From assembly GCA_964420875.1 (NCBI GenBank), contig CAYQUK010000001.1, positions 9,946 to 73,945 of the forward strand: a stretch of 64,000 nucleotides of DNA, in the 5' to 3' direction. This DNA comes from an uncultured Candidatus Saccharibacteria bacterium (GTDB lineage: Bacteria > Patescibacteriota > Minisyncoccia > Phycocordibacterales > UBA5272). How positions within the stretch are numbered: the stretch's first letter is position 1; each line of letters begins with the position of its first letter. The notes beneath the pieces are model-generated. The model saw only the letters and a program-made list of their open reading frames with translations. It ran no database searches and was not told the origin of the DNA. Below, one piece after another: positions 38,216 through 47,741 of this stretch. Position numbers and translations under genes: made by a program.

Positions 38216-39190
38216 ATGCTAAATAAAAATCTATTTACAACGGAACAAGAAATGAAGGCTACGCGTGAAGGTTTTGGTTTGGCGTTGTGTGACATTGGAG
38301 ATGAAGATAATAAAGTTGTTGCCCTTTGTGCTGATCTGACCGAGAGTGTGCAAATGCATTTGTTCAAAGAAAAGTTTGCATCTAGATTCGTAGAGGTTGG
38401 CATCACCGAGCAGAATATGGCCGCTATGGCTAGCGGTATGGCAGCAATGGGAACCATGCCATTTATAGCCAGCTATGCAATGTTTAATCCAGGACGCAAT
38501 TGGGAACAGATCAGAACAACTATTGCTTATAATAATCAAAAAGTTGTTATTGTGGGGGCTCATGCTGGATTATCAGTCGGGCCAGACGGTGGGACTCATC
38601 AAGCTGTTGAAGATATAGCTTTGATGCGAGTTATGCCAAATATGACAGTGTTGTCACCATGCGACTCTAGAGAGGCGTATCTGATGACTCGTCTCGCTCA
38701 CGATATAGATGGCCCAGTATATATCAGACTAGCAAGAGAAAAGTCACCTGTTATATTTTCTCCAGAATATAAAAAGATAGATATTAAAAAGCCAGAGATA
38801 TTGTTCGTCTCCCCAGAGCCTCAGGCAAAAAAAGTCTGCATATTTGCAACTGGGCCGATAATATACGAAGCATTACTCGCTGCTCGTGAGCTGGAGAAAA
38901 AAGACATACAGGTTGCTGTGGTAAATTTATCTGTTATAAAGCCATTGCCAGATGAGGCGATAGTTAGATTTGCATCGCAGTATAAAAATATCATTACTTT
39001 GGAAGAACATCAGAAAGTGGGAGGAATGGGAAGTGCTGTGTGTGAGCTCTTGGCAGATCGTCACCCGACAAAAGTCATACGCATGGGTATAGATAATAGA
39101 TTTGGTCAGTCTGGAGTATCTGCAGAGCTGTACAAAGAATACAGCATTTCAAAAGATGATATAATCAAAACATGTTTGGAAAATATTTAA
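38216..39190 (+). CDS. Transketolase, C-terminal (pyrimidine-binding/C-domain) subunit
   Basis: Start reset to ATG 38216 (MLNKNLF...), 1 nt after the upstream stop. The tabulated ORF began inside the N-subunit gene. Confidence 0.75.
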   Translation: MLNKNLFTTEQEMKATREGFGLALCDIGDEDNKVVALCADLTESVQMHLFKEKFASRFVEVGITEQNMAAMASGMAAMGTMPFIASYAMFNPGRNWEQIRTTIAYNNQKVVIVGAHAGLSVGPDGGTHQAVEDIALMRVMPNMTVLSPCDSREAYLMTRLAHDIDGPVYIRLAREKSPVIFSPEYKKIDIKKPEILFVSPEPQAKKVCIFATGPIIYEALLAARELEKKDIQVAVVNLSVIKPLPDEAIVRFASQYKNIITLEEHQKVGGMGSAVCELLADRHPTKVIRMGIDNRFGQSGVSAELYKEYSISKDDIIKTCLENI

Positions 39191-39585
39191 CACATTTTTA
39201 TAATGATTTTCTATCTGGTAATTTTTGGTTAAAAAAACAAGAAAAGAAAATAGAGAGTAAGGTGGAGATAAAAATAAAAGAGAGTAAAAATATACAGGCT
39301 CCAGCAGAGTATATTGATTGTAAATTAGAAAATATTTCGGTTGAAGGTCTTCATCAAAAATATAATATAGTTTTGAAAAGTATTAGTATTGAAAACAAGC
39401 TATTTGTACAGAGCTTGATATTACTGAATGAGCCAAAAGAGTTTGACTGTTATGCTGATGGTGAAAATGCATCCATTGAAATAAAAGAAATAGATGACAA
39501 CTTGTTATCTGTTTTAGTAAAAGAAAAATCCGGCAATCAAGAGAAATTTTATATACGAGACGGTAAAATAGAAATAAAGCTCTAA
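39172..39585 (+). CDS. Hypothetical protein
   Basis: 137-aa ORF, K/E-rich. Overlaps the end of the transketolase gene by 19 nt. Confidence 0.35.
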   Translation: MFGKYLTHFYNDFLSGNFWLKKQEKKIESKVEIKIKESKNIQAPAEYIDCKLENISVEGLHQKYNIVLKSISIENKLFVQSLILLNEPKEFDCYADGENASIEIKEIDDNLLSVLVKEKSGNQEKFYIRDGKIEIKL

Positions 39586-40577
39586 AGCTTTTTGACTACA
39601 TAGTCAGCAGGCGCCTGCCCCAGCAGATTTTCTATGTCTTTCTTTTTTAGTAGTCCTTTTTGTGCTCCGATATATTGCACAACATTCATACTGTTAATTG
39701 GCCCCCAACGTAACGCTTCAACTGGGTCAACTCCAGATACTATCGCCGCAGCAAATGTACTAGCAAATGCATCTCCTGCACCAGTACGCTCGAGTGGAGG
39801 CGTAGGATCAGGGTAAATAGGCAAGAAATAGTTCTCATCTTTGTATCTCATATAACTACCATCCTTACCATCTGTTATACATGTGACCTTTGGACCGAGT
39901 AATGATATTCCTAGTAATAATGTAGGCAAGTCGCGTACATCAGTTCCGAGTATTTGCATAGCTTCTTCGACATTACAACAAAAAAAGTTGGTACGACTGT
40001 ATATTGGTGCTAACAATTCTTTACCCATTTTAATTTGAAATGTTCCAGGCTGAAAAGCTAGCTGCACCTCCGGGTTCTCGCTCAGGTAATGCGCTAATTC
40101 AAAATGTAAGTCCTTTGCATGTTCACCAAGAGAAGAGAGATATATCCATTTAGGAGCCTTTGTGATCGGTGGTAAGAAAGTTTTGAATGTTTCGTGTTTG
40201 ATTAGTATTGTGCGCTCGTCCCCAAACCACAAAACATAGTGATAATTTGTCATCTTCCCATTTTCCATTACAACATACTCGGTATCAACATTTTCCTGCT
40301 CAAGTTGGAATTTACACTCTCTACCATTAACGTCATTACCGAGGAATGTTATTAGGCCTGATTGTAGTCCTAGTCTAGCTGCAGATACGGCTGCATTAGC
40401 CGAGTTGCCAACAGCTGGGATGATGGTCACGCTCTCATAAGGCACTTTTGCCCCAAAGGCCATACATATTTCGCAGCTGGCATGGTCTATATTGCAGCTG
40501 ACGTGAGCCTCTTTTAATCTGATAAATGCGTCCACGACTGTATCTCCAATAGCCAAAAAGTCTAACTCTTTATTCAT
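39582..40577 (-). CDS. PfkB-family carbohydrate/nucleoside kinase (ribokinase-like)
   Basis: N-terminal GG-type motif (AIGDTVVDAF) and C-terminal TGAGDAFASTFAAAI anion-hole motif. 331 aa. Confidence 0.75.
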   Translation of the reverse strand: MNKELDFLAIGDTVVDAFIRLKEAHVSCNIDHASCEICMAFGAKVPYESVTIIPAVGNSANAAVSAARLGLQSGLITFLGNDVNGRECKFQLEQENVDTEYVVMENGKMTNYHYVLWFGDERTILIKHETFKTFLPPITKAPKWIYLSSLGEHAKDLHFELAHYLSENPEVQLAFQPGTFQIKMGKELLAPIYSRTNFFCCNVEEAMQILGTDVRDLPTLLLGISLLGPKVTCITDGKDGSYMRYKDENYFLPIYPDPTPPLERTGAGDAFASTFAAAIVSGVDPVEALRWGPINSMNVVQYIGAQKGLLKKKDIENLLGQAPADYVVKKL

Positions 40578-40636
40578 ATTATATATTCTATATTAGAGCC
40601 AGCATTATATGTTAAACTTATACACATAAAACAGAT

Positions 40637-41524
40637 ATGCAAAATCAAACAGGTGAGTATTATGAATTAATAAAAAAGTATGAAGCGCAGGGTAAAGCCA
40701 TTGCCCATTTTAATATATCAAGCCTGGATCAATTGCGTGCTATATGTGAAGTTGCTGATGATTTGCGTGAGCCAGTTATAATAGGTCTCTCAGAAGGTGA
40801 GCGTGAATATCTAGGTATTGAGATGGCGCGTAATATAGTAGATGAGATGAAGCGTGAGTACACTGTGCCAATATTTTTGAACGCTGATCACACTTACAGT
40901 TTTGAAAAAGTAAAAGAGGTTGTGGAGGCAGGATATGACAGTGTGATAGTTGATGGGGCAAAGCTTGCATATGAGGACAATGTAAAACTTGTAAAGACAT
41001 GTGTCGACTGGGTGCGTGAATATGAAGAAAAAAACAGAAAGAGAGTATTGGTTGAGGCAGAGCTTGGATATATTGGTCAGTCTTCGTCTCTTAATTCAAA
41101 ATTACCAGAAGGTGTTAGTGAGACAAATTTAACAACACGCGATCAAGCGAGGGATTTTGTGTTGCGTACCGGCATAGACCTATTTGCTCCTGCTATTGGG
41201 AATGTTCACGGTATGCTCGTCGACGCCCCAGAGCCAAAGCTTCATGTAGACAGGATAAGTGAGATACGTGATGTGGCCGGAGTGCCTCTAGTACTTCATG
41301 GAGCCAGTGGCAACACAGATGAGGACCTGCTCAACAGTATCAAGGCTGGTATCAGTGTCATACATATCAATACTGAGATTAGAAAAGCATTCAGAGACGG
41401 CATCAAGGAGTACATAGACGAGAATCCAAATGAAATAGCCCCGTACAAGTTCGACCGTGCCGGTGCTGAGGAGATGAAAAAGGTGGTTCGCGCCAAGATG
41501 GAACTTTACAAGAATAGTATCTAG
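40637..41524 (+). CDS. fba: Class II fructose-bisphosphate aldolase
   Basis: Class II FBA/tagatose-BP aldolase motifs (HxDH-type, LVLHGASG). 295 aa. Confidence 0.8.
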   Translation: MQNQTGEYYELIKKYEAQGKAIAHFNISSLDQLRAICEVADDLREPVIIGLSEGEREYLGIEMARNIVDEMKREYTVPIFLNADHTYSFEKVKEVVEAGYDSVIVDGAKLAYEDNVKLVKTCVDWVREYEEKNRKRVLVEAELGYIGQSSSLNSKLPEGVSETNLTTRDQARDFVLRTGIDLFAPAIGNVHGMLVDAPEPKLHVDRISEIRDVAGVPLVLHGASGNTDEDLLNSIKAGISVIHINTEIRKAFRDGIKEYIDENPNEIAPYKFDRAGAEEMKKVVRAKMELYKNSI

Positions 41525-41532
41525 AAAAATAA

Positions 41533-42693
41533 ATGTCAGAAAATCATGATTACAATGCCGAAGCATTAGAGCTTCATAAGCAGTATGGTGGGAAATTGGA
41601 AACAGTTAGTAAATTAAAACTAGATAATCGTGAGGCATTGTCTCGAGCGTATACTCCTGGCGTGGCGGCTGTGTGTAATGCTATTGCGGCTGACAAGTCT
41701 CTCGATAAAGTTCTAACTCTCAAGAAAAATACTGTAGCCATAGTGAGTGACGGGTCTGCTATATTAGGACTTGGTAATCTCGGTGCATCGGCCGCTATAC
41801 CAGTGATGGAGGGCAAGGCAGCCATATTAAAAGAGTTTGCAAATGTAGACGCATTTCCAATTTGTATCGACACTCAGGATACTGAGGAGATAATAAAAAT
41901 TATCAAAAATATAGCCCCAGTTTTTGGTGGTATCAATCTTGAGGACATTGCCAGTCCAAAATGTTTTGAGATAGAGGAGAGGCTGCGTGCTGAGCTATCT
42001 ATCCCTGTGATGCATGATGATCAATGGGGTGCGGCCACCGTTGCGCTCGCTGCATTTATCAACTCTATAAAATTGGCTGACAAGAAAAAGGAGGATGTGC
42101 GAGTGGTCCTGTCTGGTGTTGGTGCAGCAGGGGTTGCGACAGCGCGCCTCTTGAACGCATATGGAGTTAAAAATATTGTTTACGTTGATAGCAAGGGGAT
42201 AATCAATGAGTCTCGCGCAGACTTGAACAAAGAGAAACTAGAGCTACTTAATAATTCAAGTGTTAAAAATCTTTCCGGAGACCTCACTATTGCTGTATCA
42301 GGCGCTGACGTTTTTATTGGACTATCTAAACCAAATGTCCTGACGGCTGACATGGTTAAAACTATGAATAGTAAATCCATAATATTTGGCCTCGCTAATC
42401 CAACACCAGAGATAATGCCAGAGCTGGCTCACGAGGCTGGTGCATTCATTGTTGCCACCGGTCGCAGTGACTATGCAAATCAGATCAACAACTCATTAGT
42501 ATTCCCAGGATTTTGGCGCGGCGTACTTGATGCTCAATCAGCAGGAACTTATAAGAAAATAGAGCTCGAGACTTTTGTGACTATCGGCGAGACCTTGGCT
42601 AGCTATGTCACTGACTTGCGTACTGATAACATACTTCCAAATATGTTCGACAAAGGTGTGGTGAAGGTCATAGCGGATATAGTTAGTAAATAA
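41533..42693 (+). CDS. NAD(P)-dependent malic enzyme (short bacterial form)
   Basis: SRAYTPGVA near the N-terminus. Rossmann segment GVGAAGVA. 386 aa. Confidence 0.8.
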   Translation: MSENHDYNAEALELHKQYGGKLETVSKLKLDNREALSRAYTPGVAAVCNAIAADKSLDKVLTLKKNTVAIVSDGSAILGLGNLGASAAIPVMEGKAAILKEFANVDAFPICIDTQDTEEIIKIIKNIAPVFGGINLEDIASPKCFEIEERLRAELSIPVMHDDQWGAATVALAAFINSIKLADKKKEDVRVVLSGVGAAGVATARLLNAYGVKNIVYVDSKGIINESRADLNKEKLELLNNSSVKNLSGDLTIAVSGADVFIGLSKPNVLTADMVKTMNSKSIIFGLANPTPEIMPELAHEAGAFIVATGRSDYANQINNSLVFPGFWRGVLDAQSAGTYKKIELETFVTIGETLASYVTDLRTDNILPNMFDKGVVKVIADIVSK

Positions 42694-42703
42694 TTTAAAA
42701 AAT

Positions 42704-43393
42704 ATGGAACAAATAATTAATTTTTTAAGTGGGGAGTTCTTAATTACATATTTACCAGTTATTGCCTCACTGGCTGTTATTGAGGTCTTGCTATCAATTG
42801 ATAACGCACTCGTTAATGCCTCACTCGCCGAGCCGCTACCTGAAAAGCAACGCAAGCTGGCAATCAGATTGGGAATACTTGGAGGGGCGGGGTTGCGCCT
42901 CGTGGCATTATTTTTCGCGACCCTGATTATTCAAAACAAATGGATATTGATTATTGGTGGACTGTATCTCATATACCTAGCAGTTGATCATCTTTATATT
43001 AAAAAGGCTGATGATGGGCACAACTTGAAATACAAGACCACATTTGCGGCTGTGATAATGCAGATAGTTTTTGCTGATGCGGTATTCTCGATTGATAATG
43101 TTGTCTCTGCTGTTGGGCTATCTCACAATTATTATGTGGTTGTGTCTGGTGTGCTGATCGGTATAGTGTCTATGCTTTTTGTTACCACTCTGGTATCGGC
43201 TATTATTCACAAACATCCACCACTCAAAAAGGCAGCATATGTGATAGTCGGGCTGATCGGCGTTGTATTGCTATTCGAGACTGTTGTTGGTGTACATATT
43301 GGAGAAATTGTAAAGTTCGCAGTCATAATGAGTGTGCTATTTACTGCTTATATTTTCAGTCATAGGCAAAACAAGAAAAAGCTAATATACTAG
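42704..43393 (+). CDS. TerC-family integral membrane protein
   Basis: Two SIDNA-containing repeats ([18 protein letters not shown]). 6-7 TM helices. Confidence 0.65.
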   Translation: MEQIINFLSGEFLITYLPVIASLAVIEVLLSIDNALVNASLAEPLPEKQRKLAIRLGILGGAGLRLVALFFATLIIQNKWILIIGGLYLIYLAVDHLYIKKADDGHNLKYKTTFAAVIMQIVFADAVFSIDNVVSAVGLSHNYYVVVSGVLIGIVSMLFVTTLVSAIIHKHPPLKKAAYVIVGLIGVVLLFETVVGVHIGEIVKFAVIMSVLFTAYIFSHRQNKKKLIY

Positions 43394-43397
43394 TAGT

Positions 43398-43853
43398 ATG
43401 TTAAGGGTAGGAAATAAAGCTCCCAAATTCGAACTCCCAGATCAAGATGGCAAGACTCACAAGTTGTCTGACTATCTCGGCAAAAAGGTATTGATATATT
43501 TTTATCCAAAAGACGATACACCGGGGTGTACTACAGAAGCGTGCAACTTTCGTGACAATTTTGCAGACATGTCAAAGATGGGTCTAGTTGTATTAGGTGT
43601 GAGTAAGGATAGTGTAAAGAGTCACAAGAAATTTGTAGACAAATATGATCTCAATTTCCCAATATTGTCTGATGAGTCTACAGAGATGATACAGGCTTAT
43701 GGTGCGTGGAGACTAAAGAAATTCATGGGCCGCGAATACATGGGTATCGAGCGTATGAGTGTACTCATCGATGAGACTGGCAAGGTAGCAAAAATATACG
43801 AGGCCGTAAAACCTGCAGTACATACCCAGGAGGTGATGGGTGACATGAAGTAA
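43398..43853 (+). CDS. bcp: Peroxiredoxin Bcp (thiol peroxidase)
   Basis: [15 protein letters not shown] peroxidatic Cys motif. 151 aa. Confidence 0.85.
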   Translation: MLRVGNKAPKFELPDQDGKTHKLSDYLGKKVLIYFYPKDDTPGCTTEACNFRDNFADMSKMGLVVLGVSKDSVKSHKKFVDKYDLNFPILSDESTEMIQAYGAWRLKKFMGREYMGIERMSVLIDETGKVAKIYEAVKPAVHTQEVMGDMK

Positions 43854-43857
43854 AAGT

Positions 43858-44430
43858 ATGCAAACAGCGATAATTATTCATGGGATGCCGGACAAAGACG
43901 AGTATTTTAATGTGGAAGGGGATTCACAGTCTAATTCACATTGGATACCGTGGCTGCAACAGCAATTGATTGTTAATGACGTCAGTACTCAGACACCGGA
44001 TATGCCAGAAGCATATGAACCAGATTATCAAAAGTGGTTAAGTGTTTTTGATAACTTTAAAATAAATGAGAATACTATTCTGGTTGGACATAGCTGTGGT
44101 GCTGGATTTATAATTAGATATTTGTCAGAGAATAATGTAAAAGTTGGTGATGTGTATTTGGTTGCTCCATGGCTAGATACTGATAAAACCTTAAACACAA
44201 ACTTTTTTGATTTTGAAATAGACGATAGTATTGCCGACAAAACAAAAGGTATCAATCTGATCTATTCAACAGACGACTATGCAGATGTGATAAGTAGTGT
44301 AAGTAAAATAGTAGAAAAAGTGGATGGTGTTAATGTTATTAAATTTGAAAACAAAAAACATTTTACATTTGAAGATATGAAAACCGCAAAGTTTCCAGAG
44401 TTGCTAGATTTAATTTTAAGTAAAAAGTAA
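43858..44430 (+). CDS. Alpha/beta-hydrolase, YdeN/RBBP9-like serine hydrolase
   Basis: GHSCG nucleophile elbow. 190 aa. Confidence 0.6.
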   Translation: MQTAIIIHGMPDKDEYFNVEGDSQSNSHWIPWLQQQLIVNDVSTQTPDMPEAYEPDYQKWLSVFDNFKINENTILVGHSCGAGFIIRYLSENNVKVGDVYLVAPWLDTDKTLNTNFFDFEIDDSIADKTKGINLIYSTDDYADVISSVSKIVEKVDGVNVIKFENKKHFTFEDMKTAKFPELLDLILSKK

Positions 44431-44431
44431 A

Positions 44432-45064
44432 ATGCAAAAGGAAATTAATTATCTTAAAAAAGTTGATCCGAAATTGGGAGAGGTATTGCATGGAAAACTT
44501 GAGAAAATAGTACCCGAGTTATCGGTGTACGAGTCACTACTTTCATCCATCATCAGTCAGCAGGTGTCGACCGCAGCAGCGAGGAGTATTAAAAATAAAT
44601 TTAAGGGTGTGTTTGGTGACAAGTGGCCAACATGTGAGCAATTAATAAAAGTAAAACCAGAAAAATTGCGAGCGGCTGGATTGTCAGGACAAAAATGTGG
44701 CTATGTTAAAAATGTGGCGACTTTTTTTAAAGAGAAGGATTTGCATCAATATGACTTTGATAGTATGTCTGACGAGGAGATAATTGAGATGCTGACTGAG
44801 ATAGTTGGAGTGGGTAGGTGGACTGTGGAGATGATATTAATATTTACTCTCGGCAGAGCAGATGTATTTGCTATAAAAGATGGAGGTCTGATCAATGGTG
44901 TGATGAGGCTTTATAAACTTGAAAAGTATCACCCAAAATCAGGGGATGCAAAAGCATTGAAACAAAAAGACTTTGAAAAGAAAATACTCAAAATCACTGA
45001 CAAGTGGTCTCCATATCGCTCGACAGCGAGTAGATATATTTGGGCGTATAAGGATGGTGAGTAA
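44432..45064 (+). CDS. HhH-GPD base-excision DNA glycosylase (AlkA/3-methyladenine glycosylase II-like)
   Basis: Helix-hairpin-helix GVGRWTVEM plus a catalytic Asp region. 210 aa. Confidence 0.7.
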   Translation: MQKEINYLKKVDPKLGEVLHGKLEKIVPELSVYESLLSSIISQQVSTAAARSIKNKFKGVFGDKWPTCEQLIKVKPEKLRAAGLSGQKCGYVKNVATFFKEKDLHQYDFDSMSDEEIIEMLTEIVGVGRWTVEMILIFTLGRADVFAIKDGGLINGVMRLYKLEKYHPKSGDAKALKQKDFEKKILKITDKWSPYRSTASRYIWAYKDGE

Positions 45065-45081
45065 GGGTGTATAATTAAGAT

Positions 45082-45549
45082 ATGAAAAATACCACATTGT
45101 TATTTTTGATAAAAAAAGACTCTGATAGAGTTAGTGATGTTATGCTCGCAATGAAGAAAATAGGTTTTGGAATAGGTAGATATAATGGTGTAGGAGGAAA
45201 AGTGAAAGAGGGTGAGAGTGTTGAGGACGCAACAGTCCGAGAGACAAGTGAAGAGATAGGCGTTAGTGTGGATATAAAAGATTTGAACAAGGTCGGAGAA
45301 ATTGAATTTCGATTTCAAGATAAAAGTGAGTGGAATCAAGTGGTACACATATATACAACAGAGATATGGTCTGGCGAGCCAACAGAGTCAGAAGAGATGA
45401 AGCCATACTGGTACAAGGTGGAGGATATACCATACAATGACATGTGGGAGGATGATAAGTATTGGTTACCAAAAGTTTTAAATGGTGAATATGTTAAGGG
45501 TTACTGCCTATTCGATAGTAATCAGAAAATAATCGAACATAATTTATAA
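45082..45549 (+). CDS. NUDIX hydrolase (MutT-like)
   Basis: Nudix box GGKVKEGESVEDATVRETSEEIGV. Confidence 0.8.
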   Translation: MKNTTLLFLIKKDSDRVSDVMLAMKKIGFGIGRYNGVGGKVKEGESVEDATVRETSEEIGVSVDIKDLNKVGEIEFRFQDKSEWNQVVHIYTTEIWSGEPTESEEMKPYWYKVEDIPYNDMWEDDKYWLPKVLNGEYVKGYCLFDSNQKIIEHNL

Positions 45550-45550
45550 T

Positions 45551-45850
45551 ATGAAAAAAGTCATTGCAAAAGTTAGCTTTAGAGAAAAGGTGTTGGGTGT
45601 GGTGAGGGGCATCAAAGAAGGGAAGGTAATGACTTATAAATCTGTCGCCGAAAAGGCTGGGAATAAAAATGCGAGTAGATCGGTGGGGAACTTTATGAAG
45701 GCTAATTATGACAAGACTGTGCCATGTCATCGTGTGGTGCGTAGCGATGGAGTGGTAGGTGATTATAATCGTGGAGGCAAAACAAAAAAGATATCAATAC
45801 TCAAAAAAGAAGGTGTAAGGTTTAATGGTGAAAAAGTAGTTTTGAAATAA
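45551..45850 (+). CDS. Methylated-DNA-protein-cysteine methyltransferase (DNA-binding/active-site domain only)
   Basis: PCHRVV active-site motif. 99 aa. Confidence 0.75.
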   Translation: MKKVIAKVSFREKVLGVVRGIKEGKVMTYKSVAEKAGNKNASRSVGNFMKANYDKTVPCHRVVRSDGVVGDYNRGGKTKKISILKKEGVRFNGEKVVLK

Positions 45851-45854
45851 GTCT

Positions 45855-46103
45855 ATGAAAGGGAATAAAGTAGAAATACCAAAAGATGCACCAGAAATAG
45901 GAAAGGTTTACAGGCATTATAAAGGTGACCTGTATAAGGTTTATTGTTTAGCTTTGGACTCAGTACTCGATACTTATACTGTTGTCTACGAACCAATGTA
46001 TGAAAACCCAGACGCAAAGTATTTTGTAAGGCCAATTGAAATGTGGTTTGAAGAAGTTGACTATAATGGGCAGATTTTGAAAAGATTTACTTTAGTGGAC
46101 TAA
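45855..46103 (+). CDS. DUF1653-like small protein
   Basis: YRHYKGDLYKV...YEPMY motif pattern. 82 aa. Confidence 0.5.
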   Translation: MKGNKVEIPKDAPEIGKVYRHYKGDLYKVYCLALDSVLDTYTVVYEPMYENPDAKYFVRPIEMWFEEVDYNGQILKRFTLVD

Positions 46104-46143
46104 AGAATCATTTTGGTTTTTGTGTTAGAATCCAGACAAAGAA

Positions 46144-47403
46144 ATGGAAAAGAAATTTGGATTTACAATAGAAAAGAAAAGTAGTGAGGCGGTGCTCGCT
46201 AGGGTCGGGGTGATACATACTCCGCACGGTGACATACAGACTCCAGCATTTATCCCAGTTGGAACGAAGGCAACTGTGAAGGCTTTGTCTGTGGCTGATA
46301 TCAAAAATACTTTGGGGCAGGCAGTACTCGCCAACACTTATCATCTATATCTACAGCCAGGGGTAGAGATAGTTGCAAAGCATGGAGGGTTCGCAAAGAT
46401 GATGCATTGGGAACAAAATGGCAGAGTATTACCAACTTTTACTGACTCAGGAGGATTCCAAGTTTTCTCACTTGGCGCTGCATATGATACAGGTGTAAGT
46501 AAAATAGCAACAAGTGCACAGTTGTCAGCTAAACAAAAACAAACAACTGATGAAAAAGGTGAGGTAAAAATCAAGGCCTCAAATAGTCAGATGGCGCGCA
46601 TCGACGAGGATGGGGTGACTTTTAAATCATTTGTCGACGGATCATCACACAGGTTCACTCCAGAAAGCAGTATGCAAATACAGCATGCACTCGGGGCTGA
46701 TATATTTTTTGCATTTGACGAGTGTACTTCACCACTCGCACCATATGAATATCAGATCAAGGCGATGGAGAGGACACATCGCTGGGCAAAGAGATGTATA
46801 GATGAGCACAAGAGGTTGGGAGTGAGCGAGGCGACGGGTGAGCAGCAGGCTTTGTTTGCTGTTGTCCAAGGTGGGGCATTTGAGGACCTTCGTAAACAGA
46901 GCGCGGAGACACTTGGTGCCATGGATTTTGACGGATTTGGTATCGGTGGGTCATTTACAAAAGAGGACATGGGTAAAACTGTAAAGAGTGCGACGGAGAA
47001 CTTGCCAGAGGGCAAGCCTCGCCATCTCTTGGGCATAGGTGAGCCAATAGACTTCTTTTTAGGTGTGGAGTACGGTATAGATACTTTTGACTGTGTATCG
47101 CCAACTCGCATCGCTAGACATGGTGTAATATATACATATGATGGTAAGGTAAATATATCTAATGCAAAATACAAAGATGACATGAGCCCTATATCAAATG
47201 ACATCAACTCACCATATCACGACTATACAAAAAGCTATCTCGCGCATCTATTCAGAGCAGAGGAAATGCTAGCTGGCACTATTGCCTCGGCACACAATCT
47301 ATATTTTATGATAAAACTTGTGAGCGATATACGCCAATCAATAATTGATGATAGATTTTTCGAATTTAAAAAAGAATTCTGCGATAGGTACTATAAAAAA
47401 TAA
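46144..47403 (+). CDS. tgt: Queuine tRNA-ribosyltransferase, lacking the canonical CxCxxC zinc site and carrying an internal insertion
   Basis: Catalytic DSGGFQ, FDCVSPTR and LxHL motifs present. The region where CxCxxC normally sits reads NSPYHDYTKS. ~35-aa low-complexity insert (SAKQKQTTDEKGEVKIK...). Confidence 0.8.
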   Translation: MEKKFGFTIEKKSSEAVLARVGVIHTPHGDIQTPAFIPVGTKATVKALSVADIKNTLGQAVLANTYHLYLQPGVEIVAKHGGFAKMMHWEQNGRVLPTFTDSGGFQVFSLGAAYDTGVSKIATSAQLSAKQKQTTDEKGEVKIKASNSQMARIDEDGVTFKSFVDGSSHRFTPESSMQIQHALGADIFFAFDECTSPLAPYEYQIKAMERTHRWAKRCIDEHKRLGVSEATGEQQALFAVVQGGAFEDLRKQSAETLGAMDFDGFGIGGSFTKEDMGKTVKSATENLPEGKPRHLLGIGEPIDFFLGVEYGIDTFDCVSPTRIARHGVIYTYDGKVNISNAKYKDDMSPISNDINSPYHDYTKSYLAHLFRAEEMLAGTIASAHNLYFMIKLVSDIRQSIIDDRFFEFKKEFCDRYYKK

Positions 47404-47429
47404 ACGGTGACGGAAATGCGTCACCGTTT
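47402..47429. terminator. Bidirectional terminator
   Basis: aaacggtgacg-gaaat-cgtcaccgttt. Confidence 0.6.
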
Positions 47430-47594
47430 GGCGAAAAATATTGCCCAGATTATGAAGCCGAGAAATGTCCCGTTCAAGAGGAGACAGACAGCCCAGTTGG
47501 CAATCCTTTGTGGCAAGCTGTCTTCCCAGACGAACATTTCCAGCTCTGTTTTTATCTTTTGTGAACAGTATTCCCAGAACTCTGGTGTATACAT
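47421..47594 (-). CDS. Small (57 aa) membrane peptide
   Basis: Own translation: MYTPEFWEYCSQKIKTELEMFVWEDSLPQRIANWAVCLLLNGTFLGFIIWAIFFAKR. Strong SD aaaggagaaaatcATG. Stop lies inside the terminator hairpin. Not in the ORF table (<60 aa). Confidence 0.4.
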   Translation of the reverse strand: MYTPEFWEYCSQKIKTELEMFVWEDSLPQRIANWAVCLLLNGTFLGFIIWAIFFAKR

Positions 47595-47741
47595 GATTTT
47601 CTCCTTTCTGCTTTAAAATACTACTCCTTTTATCAAATGTTGGCAATATTGGATATTGTAAAATCAATGCGTGATATACTTTATAGATACTAACTCTGGT
47701 CCAAACCATTTAGTAGATTATTAAATTAAAAAACAAAAAAT

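Noticed and set aside
47407-47616. Plus-strand ORF 47407..47616 (69 aa) and minus ORF 47338..47709 (123 aa)
   Set aside because: Both start inside or across the terminator hairpin and lack an SD. The alternative minus-strand 57-aa frame with a strong SD is preferred.
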